Assembly (NCBI GenBank): GCA_031430015.1
Contig: JANPAR010000221.1
Coordinates: 3,201 to 67,200, forward strand
Direction: 5' to 3'
Origin: Burkholderiales bacterium
GTDB taxonomy: Bacteria; Pseudomonadota; Gammaproteobacteria; Burkholderiales; JAEUOS01
DNA: 64,000 bases
The notes under the pieces were generated by a model. The model was not told where the DNA came from. It did not search any database and saw only the letters and a list, made by a program, of their open reading frames with translations. Numbering within the stretch: the first letter of the stretch is position 1; each line of letters opens with the position of its first letter. Below are positions 1 through 9,153 of this stretch, piece after piece. The position numbers were made by a program, and so were the translations under genes.

Positions 1-1047
1 GGCTATGTTGATCGCGATGTCTGGCTCAAGGCCGGGGCCAATGGCTTTTTGTGCGTGAGCATGCCCGAGCAGTATGGCGGTGCGGCGGCGGACAAGCTCT
101 ACAGCGTGGTGTTGATGGAGGAGCAGGCCACGGCCAACAGTTCGTCGCTCGGCTTCGGCCTGCATTCCGAAATCGTCGCGCCCTATCTCAATCGTTACGG
201 CAGCGAGGCACTGAAAGCCAAGTACTTGCCGAAGATGGCGCGCGGCGAAATGATCAGCGCCATCGCCATGAGTGAGCCGGGCGCCGGCTCCGACCTGCAG
301 GCGATCAAGACCACGGCGGTGAAACAGGGCGACACATATATCGTCAATGGTTCGAAAACTTTCATCACCAATGGCTGGCATTGCGATCTGGTGATCGTGG
401 TCGCCAAGACCGACCCCGCCAAAGGTGCCAAGGGCACGAGCCTGATTATCGTTGACACCTCAATGCCGGGCTTCACCAAGGGCAAGCGCTTGAAGAAGAT
501 GGGCCTCAAGGGCCAGGACACCTCGGAGATGTTCTTCGACAACGTCGAAGTCCCCGCCGAGAATCTGCTCGGGCAGGAGAACAACGGATTCATCTATTTG
601 ATGCAGGAGCTGCCCTGGGAGCGCATGCAGATTGCGATTGGCGCGATGGCCAAGACCGAGGCGGCGATCCAGTGGACGATTGACTACGTCAACAACCGCA
701 AGGCTTTCGGCACGCCGGTATCGAGCTTTCAGAACACGCGCTTCAAGCTCGCTGAACTGGCGACGCAATGTTCAGTCGGTCGCGTGTTCGTGGATCGTTG
801 CATGCAGCTATTGCTCGAAGACAAGCTCGACACCGCGACCGCGAGCATGGCCAAGCTGTATGCGAGCGACATCGAGAACCGCATCATCGACGAATGCCTG
901 CAGCTGCATGGCGGCTACGGCTTCATGATGGAGTTCCCGATTGCGCGCGCTTATGTCGATGCGCGCGTGCAGCGGATTTACGGCGGCACCAACGAGATCA
1001 TGAAAGAGGTGATCTCGCGCTCGCTTGGCTTGAACAAACAGTCATAG
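1..1047 (+). CDS. acyl-CoA dehydrogenase (5' end cut by window edge)
   Basis: Frame 1 is open from base 1 (GYVDRDVWLKAGANGF...) to the stop at 1045-1047. ACAD-type motifs are present: AMSEPGAGSDL, FITNGWHCDL, and C-terminal RIYGGTNEIMKEVISRSL. Confidence 0.9.
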   Translation, partial: GYVDRDVWLKAGANGFLCVSMPEQYGGAAADKLYSVVLMEEQATANSSSLGFGLHSEIVAPYLNRYGSEALKAKYLPKMARGEMISAIAMSEPGAGSDLQAIKTTAVKQGDTYIVNGSKTFITNGWHCDLVIVVAKTDPAKGAKGTSLIIVDTSMPGFTKGKRLKKMGLKGQDTSEMFFDNVEVPAENLLGQENNGFIYLMQELPWERMQIAIGAMAKTEAAIQWTIDYVNNRKAFGTPVSSFQNTRFKLAELATQCSVGRVFVDRCMQLLLEDKLDTATASMAKLYASDIENRIIDECLQLHGGYGFMMEFPIARAYVDARVQRIYGGTNEIMKEVISRSLGLNKQS

Positions 1048-1064
1048 GTGCACCGCGCCACGAA

Positions 1065-1127
1065 CTGCTCGCACCAAGGGTTTTGGCGCATACCGGTTGG
1101 TAAGCCGCCTGTACCAAGGCTTTCAGG
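1065..1127. repeat. cluster of three copies (forward, inverted, forward) of the dispersed CACCAA(C/G)GG repeat
   Basis: CTGCTCGCACCAAGGGTTTTGGCG, then ATACCGGTTGGTAAGCCGCC (inverted), then CCGCCTGTACCAAGGCTTTCAGG. Lies in the spacer between convergent genes. Confidence 0.6.
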
Positions 1128-1172
1128 CCAATCGCGTTGGAGGCGGCGGCGTTTCGGCACTGCCGCCGGGAA

Positions 1173-1949
1173 TCAACCCGGCGTCATCCCCTTGGCCTTG
1201 ATGATGGCACCCGCTTCCGGCGTCTTGAGGAAGTTGAGCAGCGCCTGCGCGGCATCCGGCGCCTTGGTCGCCGTTGACGTGCTGCCGAAATAGACCACGG
1301 CATCCTGCACTTCATCGGGAATCGGGCCGACAACATCAAGGCGCGTATCAGTGGCCAATACGTTGAGGGTAAAGATGGCGATCTGGGCATCACCCTTCGC
1401 CACCGCCTCGGTGATGCCGGGCACCGTGGTTTGCGCGCGCAGGTTGGTTTTCATCGGTTCAACGATGCCGAGCTTCTGGTAGATCTTGTCAAGCTTGGCG
1501 CCGGTGGCGCTGGCCGGCAGCGAGGACACGCCCTTGGCGCCGGTCAGCGCTTCCTTGAGCGCAGCAGTCGTGCGAATGTCGGGCTTGGCAGCGCCCTTGA
1601 GCACGGCGACGCCGATGTCGACCTTGGCAACTGCGGAAGGCGTGCCGGCGGCAAAGCGGCCGCGCGTCGCGTCAACGCCGATCACGCCTTCCGGCGTAAT
1701 GATGACGTCAAATGACTCGGCCGACATGGTGACGAGTTGCGGTGCAGTGCCATAGCGCGCTGCGATCTTGTGGCCGGTCCTGGCCTCGAACACCGGCGCA
1801 AGTGCTTTCAGGGGCTCGGCGAACCCGCCACCGGCGATGACGGTGAGCTGCTCAGCGTGCGCGATGCCCGTCATCAATGTCATGACGGCGACCATGATGG
1901 CGGTGCTGACGGCGCCAGGCGTCCAAACCGAAATTGAAGATGTTTTCAT
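1173..1949 (-). CDS. periplasmic substrate-binding protein, ModA/molybdate-binding-like
   Basis: 258 aa ORF. GGAGGAGG Shine-Dalgarno precedes the ATG at 1949. Signal peptide ends ...TGIAHA. SBP-like sequence: LTVIAGGGFAEPLKALAPVFEARTGHKI... Confidence 0.7.
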   Translation of the reverse strand: MKTSSISVWTPGAVSTAIMVAVMTLMTGIAHAEQLTVIAGGGFAEPLKALAPVFEARTGHKIAARYGTAPQLVTMSAESFDVIITPEGVIGVDATRGRFAAGTPSAVAKVDIGVAVLKGAAKPDIRTTAALKEALTGAKGVSSLPASATGAKLDKIYQKLGIVEPMKTNLRAQTTVPGITEAVAKGDAQIAIFTLNVLATDTRLDVVGPIPDEVQDAVVYFGSTSTATKAPDAAQALLNFLKTPEAGAIIKAKGMTPG

Positions 1950-2241
1950 GCGTCCTCCTCCATGTTCCTGATGGTCTGGACGTCGTCACCGTCCGGCTCG
2001 TATGTCGATCCTATCGCCGCATCGAAATTGCAGCGCAGCCAGGCCATTCTACGCGTGCCCGGATTCGGGGCCGGAACGGGTGGGACAGACGCAGCGCCGC
2101 AAGTATGGCGGCGCCATCAAAATCACGCGGGCGGTGATTTGGCATTCGCTCGCGATAGACCAGCAACAAGGAAAAGAGCGGCCCACGGGCCGCTCTTGCC
2201 AACAATTTCAGGCCAGCGCTGTTACCGGAGCCGGCCGGCGA

Positions 2242-2679
2242 TCAGCTGTGGTGGCCGTCGCGGCGGTCATCGCGCCGGTCATCACGGCGGTCTTGGCGGC
2301 GCTCGTTGCGGTCCCAGTCGCGTCCGCGATTCTGTTCACGCGCATGTTCGTGCGCATAACGCGGGCGGTAGGTGTTGTGATACCAGTGGTCCTGAACGAA
2401 ATACACCGGGCGGCCGCAGGCGTTGTAGGCGCCGCAATGGTGCGACCAGTGTTTGCGATGGCCTTCCGGCACGCGCACATACATCGGCTCCACCAGGACG
2501 TGCTGTTGCTGGATGATCACCGGCTGAGTGTTGACGACCACCGGCGGGGGATAGTTGCCAATATCAATACGGCCGTAGTAGCCGGAGTCGCCCATGCCGA
2601 CGGTCACGCCGAAATCGGCTGCAAAGGCGGGCGCGGTGGAAGCAGCAAGGAGTGCTGCGGCTGCGAGAAGTTTTTTCAT
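2242..2679 (-). CDS. secreted hypothetical protein with Arg/Asp-rich C-terminal tail
   Basis: Internal ATG at 2679 (MKKLLAAAALLAASTAPAFA signal) is preceded by AGGAG. Cys/His/Trp-rich core, then a DRRDDRRDDRRD tail. No family recognised. Confidence 0.6.
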   Translation of the reverse strand: MKKLLAAAALLAASTAPAFAADFGVTVGMGDSGYYGRIDIGNYPPPVVVNTQPVIIQQQHVLVEPMYVRVPEGHRKHWSHHCGAYNACGRPVYFVQDHWYHNTYRPRYAHEHAREQNRGRDWDRNERRQDRRDDRRDDRRDGHHS

Positions 2680-2860
2680 GACGGTCTCCTGTTGGGGTTG
2701 TGCAAGCATTTAACGCCACAGATGGCTCCGCTGTCTGCGACAAAACCCCTCGATTTGTTAACAGGTGTTGCGAGGAGCGGTAACAAAGTGTTGCTTCGCA
2801 ATGGCCTTGACGAGCGGAGCGCTCCAGCGGCGTACACTTCTGCGAGTCGCGCGCCTGCAA

Positions 2861-2908
2861 CCCGTCTGCCCGCCTGCCCGCCTGCCCGCCTGCCCGCCTG
2901 CCCGCCTG
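2861..2908. repeat. tandem octanucleotide repeat (CCCGYCTG) x6
   Basis: cccgtctg followed by five perfect cccgcctg units, read directly. Lies in the divergent intergenic region, 68 bp upstream of the ATG at 2976. Confidence 0.95.
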
Positions 2909-2975
2909 CAATGGGCGGTAGCAGCAAAGCAGAGGGTACGCGCCGCTTTCTTCCTATCGATCGGAGTGTCCCATC

Positions 2976-4079
2976 ATGGCCAAACACGACAATTTCCTGA
3001 TGAACTGCTGGTACGTCGCAGCCTGGGATCACGAGTTGATCGATGGCAAGCTGTTGGCGCGCACGATTCTCGAAGAGCCGGTGCTGCTCTACAAAGGCGA
3101 CTCGGGCCGCGTGGTGGCGCTCGACAACCGCTGCTGTCATCGCGGCGCCAAGCTCTCCAATGGCCGGCTCGAAGGCGATTGCGTGCGCTGCATGTATCAC
3201 GGCCTGAAATTCGATCACACCGGAAAATGCATCCAGATTCCCGGACAGGACAACGTGCCGGCCAAGATGGGCGTGCGCAGTTACCCCATTGTCGAGCGCG
3301 ATCATTTGATCTGGATCTGGATGGGCGAGGCAGCGCTGGCCGATGCGTCGAAGATCATCGATGTGCCCTACCTGCGCGAAGCCGGATGGCGCGGCCAGGC
3401 CGGCTACATGCACTACGACGCCGACTACCGGCTGATCGTCGACAACCTCGCCGACTTTTCGCATCTCGCCTTTGTGCACACCCACACGCTGGGCGGCTCC
3501 GAGGAATACGCATTCAAGAGCAAGCCGGTGGCGGTGGAGCGATTGGAGAATGGCTTTCACGTCGAGCGCTGGAGCATGAATGCCGCACCACCGCCGTTTC
3601 ACCGCAAGGTGACGCGCGAAGACGCACCGGTTGACCGCCGCAATCTGGCCGACATGCATGTGCCCGGCCAGTTCTTCATGGAGACGCTGTTTGCGCCAGC
3701 CGGCAGCGGTGCCGAACGCGGCCATCTCGATGGCGCGAAGCAATATCGCAACTGCCAGTTTTTCACGCCCGAGACGCGCGGCAGCACGCATTTTTTCTGG
3801 AACTACCTGCACGACTTCAACCTTGATGACCCTACCATCGCGCTGTCGTTGCACAACAGCATGGTCGAGGGTTTCCTCGAAGACAAGTTCATCATCGAAG
3901 GCCAGCAGGAGATGCTTGACGCCGATCCCGACTTCAAGATGACCGGCATCGTCTCCGATGCGCCGCTCGCACATTTTCGCCGCGTGCTGCAAAAGCGGAT
4001 TGATGATGAGCGCGCGGCGCGGCCGAGGGTCATCGCCGTGGTGCCGGTTACCCCTGTCGCGATTGAGGAAGCGGCTTAG
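2976..4079 (+). CDS. Rieske [2Fe-2S] aromatic-ring oxygenase alpha subunit, VanA-like (vanillate O-demethylase oxygenase family)
   Basis: Rieske motif CCHRGAKLSNGRLEGDCVRCMYHG (CxH...CxxH). N-terminal NCWYVAAW is typical of the VanA/phthalate family. GGAG precedes the ATG. Confidence 0.9.
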   Translation: MAKHDNFLMNCWYVAAWDHELIDGKLLARTILEEPVLLYKGDSGRVVALDNRCCHRGAKLSNGRLEGDCVRCMYHGLKFDHTGKCIQIPGQDNVPAKMGVRSYPIVERDHLIWIWMGEAALADASKIIDVPYLREAGWRGQAGYMHYDADYRLIVDNLADFSHLAFVHTHTLGGSEEYAFKSKPVAVERLENGFHVERWSMNAAPPPFHRKVTREDAPVDRRNLADMHVPGQFFMETLFAPAGSGAERGHLDGAKQYRNCQFFTPETRGSTHFFWNYLHDFNLDDPTIALSLHNSMVEGFLEDKFIIEGQQEMLDADPDFKMTGIVSDAPLAHFRRVLQKRIDDERAARPRVIAVVPVTPVAIEEAA

Positions 4080-4180
4080 CGATTTTCTGCGCGACACCTG
4101 CCCAAGAGCCGCGCAGGGAGCCATTCTCCGAAAGGGGGCATTGAAGAAGTGGGCCGCGCATCGCGGCGCGGTCTCTGCTG

Positions 4181-5290
4181 TTACTGCATCCTGCGTCCGC
4201 GCTCGGTCACCACCTCCAGAAAGGCGCCGATCTCGCGATTCTGCGTTTCATTCTCCGGGGCGCTGATGCCCGCGCCCGACACATGGCCCATCGGGCGCTG
4301 GTTGTTGATCGCAACGTAACGCACGTCGGCAATATAGTGCGCCGCCTCTTGCGCGTCGGCCTCCGGATTGAGCAGGTCACCGCTGCCGGCGAGGATCAGC
4401 GTCTTGGCCTTGATCGATTTGAGCGCGCGGTGATAGTCACCATTGAAGCCTTTGGTGGTGCCGACATGATGCTGATCGTAAGCCCACGATTGGTAAATCC
4501 AGTCCACCGCATCCATGCGCCGCCAGCCGCCGTCCTGCACGCCCTTGAGATAACCAATCGCATCCTGCGCGTTCGGATACGCAAACTCCTGATACCCCGG
4601 CGTACGCACGATCACGCCAGACAGCCAGCCTGCCCACAAGCGCATGCCCTGCTCGGGCGGCTCATTGGCGGCATAGTTGCCGTCCTTGAAACGGGGATCC
4701 GCCATGATGCTCTGGCGCAGCATGTCGAGAATGCCGGTAGTCCACGCCGGCGTGCGCCCGAGCGGAATGATCGGCACGATGCTGTCCATCATGTCCGGAT
4801 AACTCACCGCCCACTGTAGCGCCTGCATGCCGCCCATCGACGCGCCGATCACCGTCACCAGCTTCTTGATGCCGAACTTTTCAGCGACGAGACGCTGCTG
4901 CGAGTTGACCATGTCACGCATGTTGAACTTGGGAAATTGCATGCGCGCCTGCGTCTTGCTATTCGACGGCGAGGTGGTCAGCCCATTGCCGATCGCGTCG
5001 GTGGCGATGATGAAATATTTGGCAGGGTCAAGCGCCTTGCCGGGGCCGATCAGATAGTCGATGCGATGGTGGTTGCCGCCGATCGCCGTCACCATCAGGA
5101 TGGCGTTGGTCTTGTTGGCGTTGAGCGTGCCGTGGGTGACGTAGGAGATCGAGAAATCGCGGATCGCCTCGCCACTCTCCAGGTTGAAATCACCCAGTGC
5201 GTGGCTTTGGTGCGGCGGGTCGTTGGGGCCGTGGGCGAAAACCGGGGCGGCAATCAGCAGCATTGACGCAATCGCAGTATGAAAACGCAT
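4181..5290 (-). CDS. exported alpha/beta hydrolase, homoserine O-acetyltransferase (MetX)-like fold
   Basis: Trimmed to the ATG at 5290 (GGAGG SD). Signal MRFHTAIASMLLIAAPVFAHG. GASMGG nucleophile elbow; MetX-like length. Confidence 0.8.
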   Translation of the reverse strand: MRFHTAIASMLLIAAPVFAHGPNDPPHQSHALGDFNLESGEAIRDFSISYVTHGTLNANKTNAILMVTAIGGNHHRIDYLIGPGKALDPAKYFIIATDAIGNGLTTSPSNSKTQARMQFPKFNMRDMVNSQQRLVAEKFGIKKLVTVIGASMGGMQALQWAVSYPDMMDSIVPIIPLGRTPAWTTGILDMLRQSIMADPRFKDGNYAANEPPEQGMRLWAGWLSGVIVRTPGYQEFAYPNAQDAIGYLKGVQDGGWRRMDAVDWIYQSWAYDQHHVGTTKGFNGDYHRALKSIKAKTLILAGSGDLLNPEADAQEAAHYIADVRYVAINNQRPMGHVSGAGISAPENETQNREIGAFLEVVTERGRRMQ

Positions 5291-5375
5291 GACTAGCCTC
5301 CTTGGCGTGGATTGGTTATTTTTATGCGGGGATGAGTCTACGCCCAAATTCGAAGCGGCCGCCCCTCGCGATAAG

Positions 5376-6578
5376 ATGCCCGCCATGGAACCCCTCGCCG
5401 CTTCCCTGCTCCCGGCCGGCGTCCGCTCACGATTCATTGCCGGCATCAACGGGCTGACGATGCATGTACTCGAAGCGGGCTTTGAAACCCCCAACCGCCC
5501 TTGCTCGCTGTTGCTGCATGGCTTCCCCGAACTCGCCTACAGCTGGCGCGAGGTGATGCCCGCTCTGGCAGCGGCGGGTTATCACGTCATTGCTCCCGAC
5601 CAGCGCGGCTATGGCCGTACCACGGGATGGAGCAGCGATTTTGACGGCGACCTCGCCTCGTTCCGCGTGCTCAACCTGGTGCGCGATGCGCTCGCGCTGG
5701 TGGCGGCGTTCGGATACAAACAAGTGGACGTTGTGGGGCACGACTTCGGCTCGCGCGTGGCGGCGTGGTGTGCGCTGACGCGGCCCGATGTATTTCGCTC
5801 TGTCGTGTTGATGAGTGCGCCGTTTGAAGGCGCGCCGGGGTTGCCCTTCGAGACCGTGGGCGGTGCAGCGCAGCCCGAACCGAAATCGGTCGCCATTGGC
5901 CGCACTCTAGACGCCTTGGCAAAGCTGCCGCGCCCGCGCAAGCATTACCAGTGGTACTACTCGACGCGCGAGGCCAACGCCAACATGCAGCACGCGCCAC
6001 AAGGCGTGCATGCCTTCCTGCGTGCCTACTATCACCACAAGAGTGCGGACTGGAAACAGAACCAGCCGTACCCGCTCAAGGAGTGGAGCGCGACTGAACT
6101 CGCCAAGCTGCCGACCTACTACGTGATGGATCAGGCGCAGGGCATGGCGGAAACCGTCGCGGCCGAAATGCCGTCTGCCGCTGCGATTGCGGCATGCCAG
6201 TGGTTGCCTGATCACGAACTCGCGGTCTACAGCGGCGAGTACGGGCGAACCGGCTTTCAGGGCGGCCTGCAGTGGTACCGCTGCGGCACCGAGCCTGCGC
6301 AGTCGGCAGAACTGACGCTATTTGCCGGGCGCACGATTGATATACCGTCGATGTTCATCGCAGGCAAAAGCGATTGGGGCACGCACCAAAACCCCGGCGC
6401 GTTCGAGCGCATGCAGGGCACGTCCTGCACGCAGATGCACGAGTGCCATCTGATCGACGCTGCGGGGCATTGGGTGCAGCAGGAGCAGCCGGTCGAAACC
6501 ACGCGCCTGCTGCTGGCGTTTTTGCGCAGCCACGGCGCGGCGGCTGGTGCAACCGGCAGTGTGCCTCGCGGTGTTTGA
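5376..6578 (+). CDS. alpha/beta hydrolase, epoxide-hydrolase-like
   Basis: LLLHGFPELAYSWR (HGxP) and GHDFGS nucleophile motif. Start is uncertain (5376 or 5385). Confidence 0.8.
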   Translation: MPAMEPLAASLLPAGVRSRFIAGINGLTMHVLEAGFETPNRPCSLLLHGFPELAYSWREVMPALAAAGYHVIAPDQRGYGRTTGWSSDFDGDLASFRVLNLVRDALALVAAFGYKQVDVVGHDFGSRVAAWCALTRPDVFRSVVLMSAPFEGAPGLPFETVGGAAQPEPKSVAIGRTLDALAKLPRPRKHYQWYYSTREANANMQHAPQGVHAFLRAYYHHKSADWKQNQPYPLKEWSATELAKLPTYYVMDQAQGMAETVAAEMPSAAAIAACQWLPDHELAVYSGEYGRTGFQGGLQWYRCGTEPAQSAELTLFAGRTIDIPSMFIAGKSDWGTHQNPGAFERMQGTSCTQMHECHLIDAAGHWVQQEQPVETTRLLLAFLRSHGAAAGATGSVPRGV

Positions 6579-6620
6579 CCGCGCGCACGGCAGTGCATAA
6601 TGCGTATCGGATAACAGCCT

Positions 6621-6647
6621 AAGAGCCGCTCCCACCAACGCTTCTCA
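6621..6647 (+). repeat. dispersed repeat copy
   Basis: AAGAGCCGCTCCCACCAACGCTTCTCA, about 30 bp upstream of the Bug gene start. Confidence 0.6.
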
Positions 6648-6672
6648 ACGGGTTTTCAGAAATCACCGGAGC

Positions 6673-7662
6673 TTGCCAGTGTCACTTCACCGTCTTGTTT
6701 TTGTGCTCGCTGCGTATACGACCGCATTCTGCAGCGCCGCGTTTTCCTTGAGCGCGCAGGCGGCCTGGCCCGAGAAGACCATCCGCATCGTTGTGCCCTA
6801 TCCGCCCGGCGGCACCACCGACATCCTCACGCGTCTGGTGGCGCAAAAGCTCGGCGAGTCGCTCAGGCAATCAGTGCTGGTGGACAACCGCGCGGGTGGC
6901 GCGGCGATGATCGGCAGCGACATCGTGGCCAAGGCCGCACCCGATGGTTACACCCTGCTGTCAACTGGTGCCGGCCCGCACGTCATCAATGTCAGCCTGT
7001 TTCCGAAAATTCCGTATGACCCCTTGAAGGACTTCGCCTCGATCACGCTGATGTCGATCAACCCGTTGCTGATGGTGGTGCCGGCCAACCTGCCCGTCGG
7101 CACGGCCCAGGAATTCATGACCTGGGTGCGAAACAACAAGGACAAGGCAAACTACTGTTCGATCGGTGCCGGCTCGCCATCGCATCTGGCGGCGGAGCTT
7201 TTCAAATCGATGGCGAATATCGAGATGACGCATATCCCCTATAGCGGCAGTGGCCCGGCCATCATCGCCACCATCGGCGCCAACTGCGCGGTGCTGTTTG
7301 ACAGCGTGCTCTCCTCTGGCCCGCACGTAAAGTCCGGAAAACTGAAGGTGCTCGCCACCGGCAACAAGCAGCGCCTGCCGTCATGGCCGAATGTGCCCGC
7401 GCTCAATGAATCGGGCTTGCCCGGTTTTGAAGGATTCACTTGGGGCGCCTTGCTGGCACCCGCAGGCACACCGCAGGACGTTCTGGACAAGCTCAATGCC
7501 GAAATGGCAAAAATATTTGCAATGCCTGACGTGCGCCAGAAAGTGGAAGACCTCGGCGCCTTGCCGGGCGGTGGCAGTGCAGCCGAACTTGACGCATTCA
7601 GCCGCTCCGAAATGCGCAAGTGGGCCAAGGTCATCAAGGATGGCAATATCAAACCCGATTAA
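6673..7662 (+). CDS. Bug-family (TctC-like) tripartite tricarboxylate transporter substrate-binding protein
   Basis: WPEKTIRIVVPYPPGGTTDILTRLVAQKL...APDGYTLL...HIPYSGSGPA, hallmark Bug motifs. TTG/GTG start region. Confidence 0.9.
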   Translation: MPVSLHRLVFVLAAYTTAFCSAAFSLSAQAAWPEKTIRIVVPYPPGGTTDILTRLVAQKLGESLRQSVLVDNRAGGAAMIGSDIVAKAAPDGYTLLSTGAGPHVINVSLFPKIPYDPLKDFASITLMSINPLLMVVPANLPVGTAQEFMTWVRNNKDKANYCSIGAGSPSHLAAELFKSMANIEMTHIPYSGSGPAIIATIGANCAVLFDSVLSSGPHVKSGKLKVLATGNKQRLPSWPNVPALNESGLPGFEGFTWGALLAPAGTPQDVLDKLNAEMAKIFAMPDVRQKVEDLGALPGGGSAAELDAFSRSEMRKWAKVIKDGNIKPD

Positions 7663-7678
7663 GCAAGGAGGACGCCCC

Positions 7679-8557
7679 ATGACCATCACATTCAGGCCGC
7701 TGCACCCGACGTTCGTGGCCGAGGTCAGCCCGATAGACTTGCGTACCGTGACCGACGCCGCCACGCTTGAAGCGATTCGTGGCGGCATGGACAAGTACAA
7801 CGTGCTGGTGTTTCGCAACCAGCCCTTCACCGACGACGAGCAACTCGATTTCGCGCAGCGCTTCGACGGTCGGCTGCACGCCAAGACCTCCACTTCGGTG
7901 CTGGTGAAAAACCGCTTTGGCAACGAAGCCCTCTCCGACATTTCCAATGTTGGCGCCGATGGCCAGCTGCTCTCCCCAGACGACCGCCGGCGCATGACCG
8001 GCCTTGCCAATCGCCTGTGGCACGCCGACGCCACGTTTGTCGACCCCGCCGGGCGCTACTCGATGCTGTCAGCGCGCGTCGTGCCGCCGGTCGCGGCCGA
8101 CACCGAGTTTGCTGATATGTGCGGCGCCTACGATGCACTCGACGACGAAACCAAAACCACGATCGCCGGCCTCAAGGTGCATCACTCGATTGCCTATTCA
8201 CGCGAAGTGCTCGGCTTTGAATTTGCGCCGGCCGAAAAGGAACAGCTCAAGGGCGCCGTGCATCCGCTGGTACGAGACTTCCCGCGCACCGGGCGCAAAT
8301 CGCTCTACCTCGCCGCGCACGCCTCGTCGATCATCGACATGCGCGTACCGGAAGGCCGCCTGTTGCTGCGTGACCTGATGGAGCACGCCACGCGACCGCG
8401 CTTTGTCTATAGCCATCACTGGAAGGTCGGTGACTTCGTCATCTGGGACAACCGCACTACCATGCATCGCGCGCGCCCCTTCGACGACTCCAAATACCGC
8501 CGCGAATTGCGCCGCACCACCACGCTCGACCTGCCGCTGCAGCCGCTGGCCGCCTGA
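7679..8557 (+). CDS. TauD/TfdA-family Fe(II)/2-oxoglutarate dioxygenase
   Basis: ATG at 7679 follows AAGGAGGA. MTITFRPLHPTFVAEVSPIDL is TfdA-like. WHADATF supplies the HxD motif. About 292 aa. Confidence 0.9.
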   Translation: MTITFRPLHPTFVAEVSPIDLRTVTDAATLEAIRGGMDKYNVLVFRNQPFTDDEQLDFAQRFDGRLHAKTSTSVLVKNRFGNEALSDISNVGADGQLLSPDDRRRMTGLANRLWHADATFVDPAGRYSMLSARVVPPVAADTEFADMCGAYDALDDETKTTIAGLKVHHSIAYSREVLGFEFAPAEKEQLKGAVHPLVRDFPRTGRKSLYLAAHASSIIDMRVPEGRLLLRDLMEHATRPRFVYSHHWKVGDFVIWDNRTTMHRARPFDDSKYRRELRRTTTLDLPLQPLAA

Positions 8558-8597
8558 AACACTTTTCCCCGTCACGCTCACCCACTCAGGAGTATTC

Positions 8598-9104
8598 ATG
8601 AAACGCCTCACCGTTACCCTGCTTGCCACCCTCGTTGCCGCACTGCCGCTCGCCGCCGGCGCTGCCGAATACATGGAGAAGACGCCGTTCCAGCTCGCGC
8701 GCGCGTTCTCGCCCGGCGTCATCACCGAAGGCGGCAAGATCGTCTGGGTGGCCGGCCAGACCGCCACGCGCGACAATGACGGCAAGGACATCTCCAACAA
8801 TTTCGAGGCGCAGGTCAAGCAGACTTTCTCGCAGGTCGATCAGGTTCTGAAGCGCGCTGGCGGCAGCCTCGCCAACGTCGTGCAGATGACGGTGTTCATC
8901 AAGGAATCGCGCTATGGCGACCGCTTTGTCGAGATGCGCAAGGACATGTTCCAGAATGGCAACTATCCCGGCAGCGCCCTCATTACGGTGACCAACTTTG
9001 CGCGCCCCGGCATCGAGATCGAGATCCAGGCGGTTGGCGTGGTCGGTGACCGCTGCTCAACCGAGAACCCGTGCTCGGCCGAAGGCATGGCGAAGAAGAA
9101 GTAA
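8598..9104 (+). CDS. RidA/YjgF-family protein with N-terminal signal peptide
   Basis: ATG at 8598 after AGGAG. Signal MKRLTVTLLATLVAALPLAAGAAE. RidA-like core: KIVWVAGQTA...FEAQVKQTFSQVDQVLKRAGGSLANVVQMTVFI...EIEIQAV. Confidence 0.85.
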   Translation: MKRLTVTLLATLVAALPLAAGAAEYMEKTPFQLARAFSPGVITEGGKIVWVAGQTATRDNDGKDISNNFEAQVKQTFSQVDQVLKRAGGSLANVVQMTVFIKESRYGDRFVEMRKDMFQNGNYPGSALITVTNFARPGIEIEIQAVGVVGDRCSTENPCSAEGMAKKK

Positions 9105-9153
9105 GTCCTGCGCGGCGGGCAGGCTGCGGCCTGCCGCGCCGTGCAGCGCCGCG

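Noticed and set aside
2861-2908. The tandem repeats (also 48746-48805) as CRISPR arrays
   Set aside because: The units are 8 and 12 bp, directly abutting with no spacers, and there are no cas genes.
2676-4124. 482-aa ORF on the minus strand covering the whole Rieske oxygenase gene
   Set aside because: It is antisense to a gene with clear Rieske and VanA motifs. Its translation is Arg/Ala/Gly/His-rich low-complexity sequence with no recognisable motif, typical of long stop-free antisense frames in high-GC DNA.
4181-5494. Long 5' extensions of several track ORFs (e.g. 4181-5494, 7391-8557, 8403-9104, 19614-21167, 53393-55219, 57791-60220)
   Set aside because: The extensions overlap neighbouring genes or intergenic repeats, lack SD sequences and are Arg/Pro-rich. 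Internal ATGs with SD sequences give N-termini typical of the respective families, so the shorter coordinates were used.
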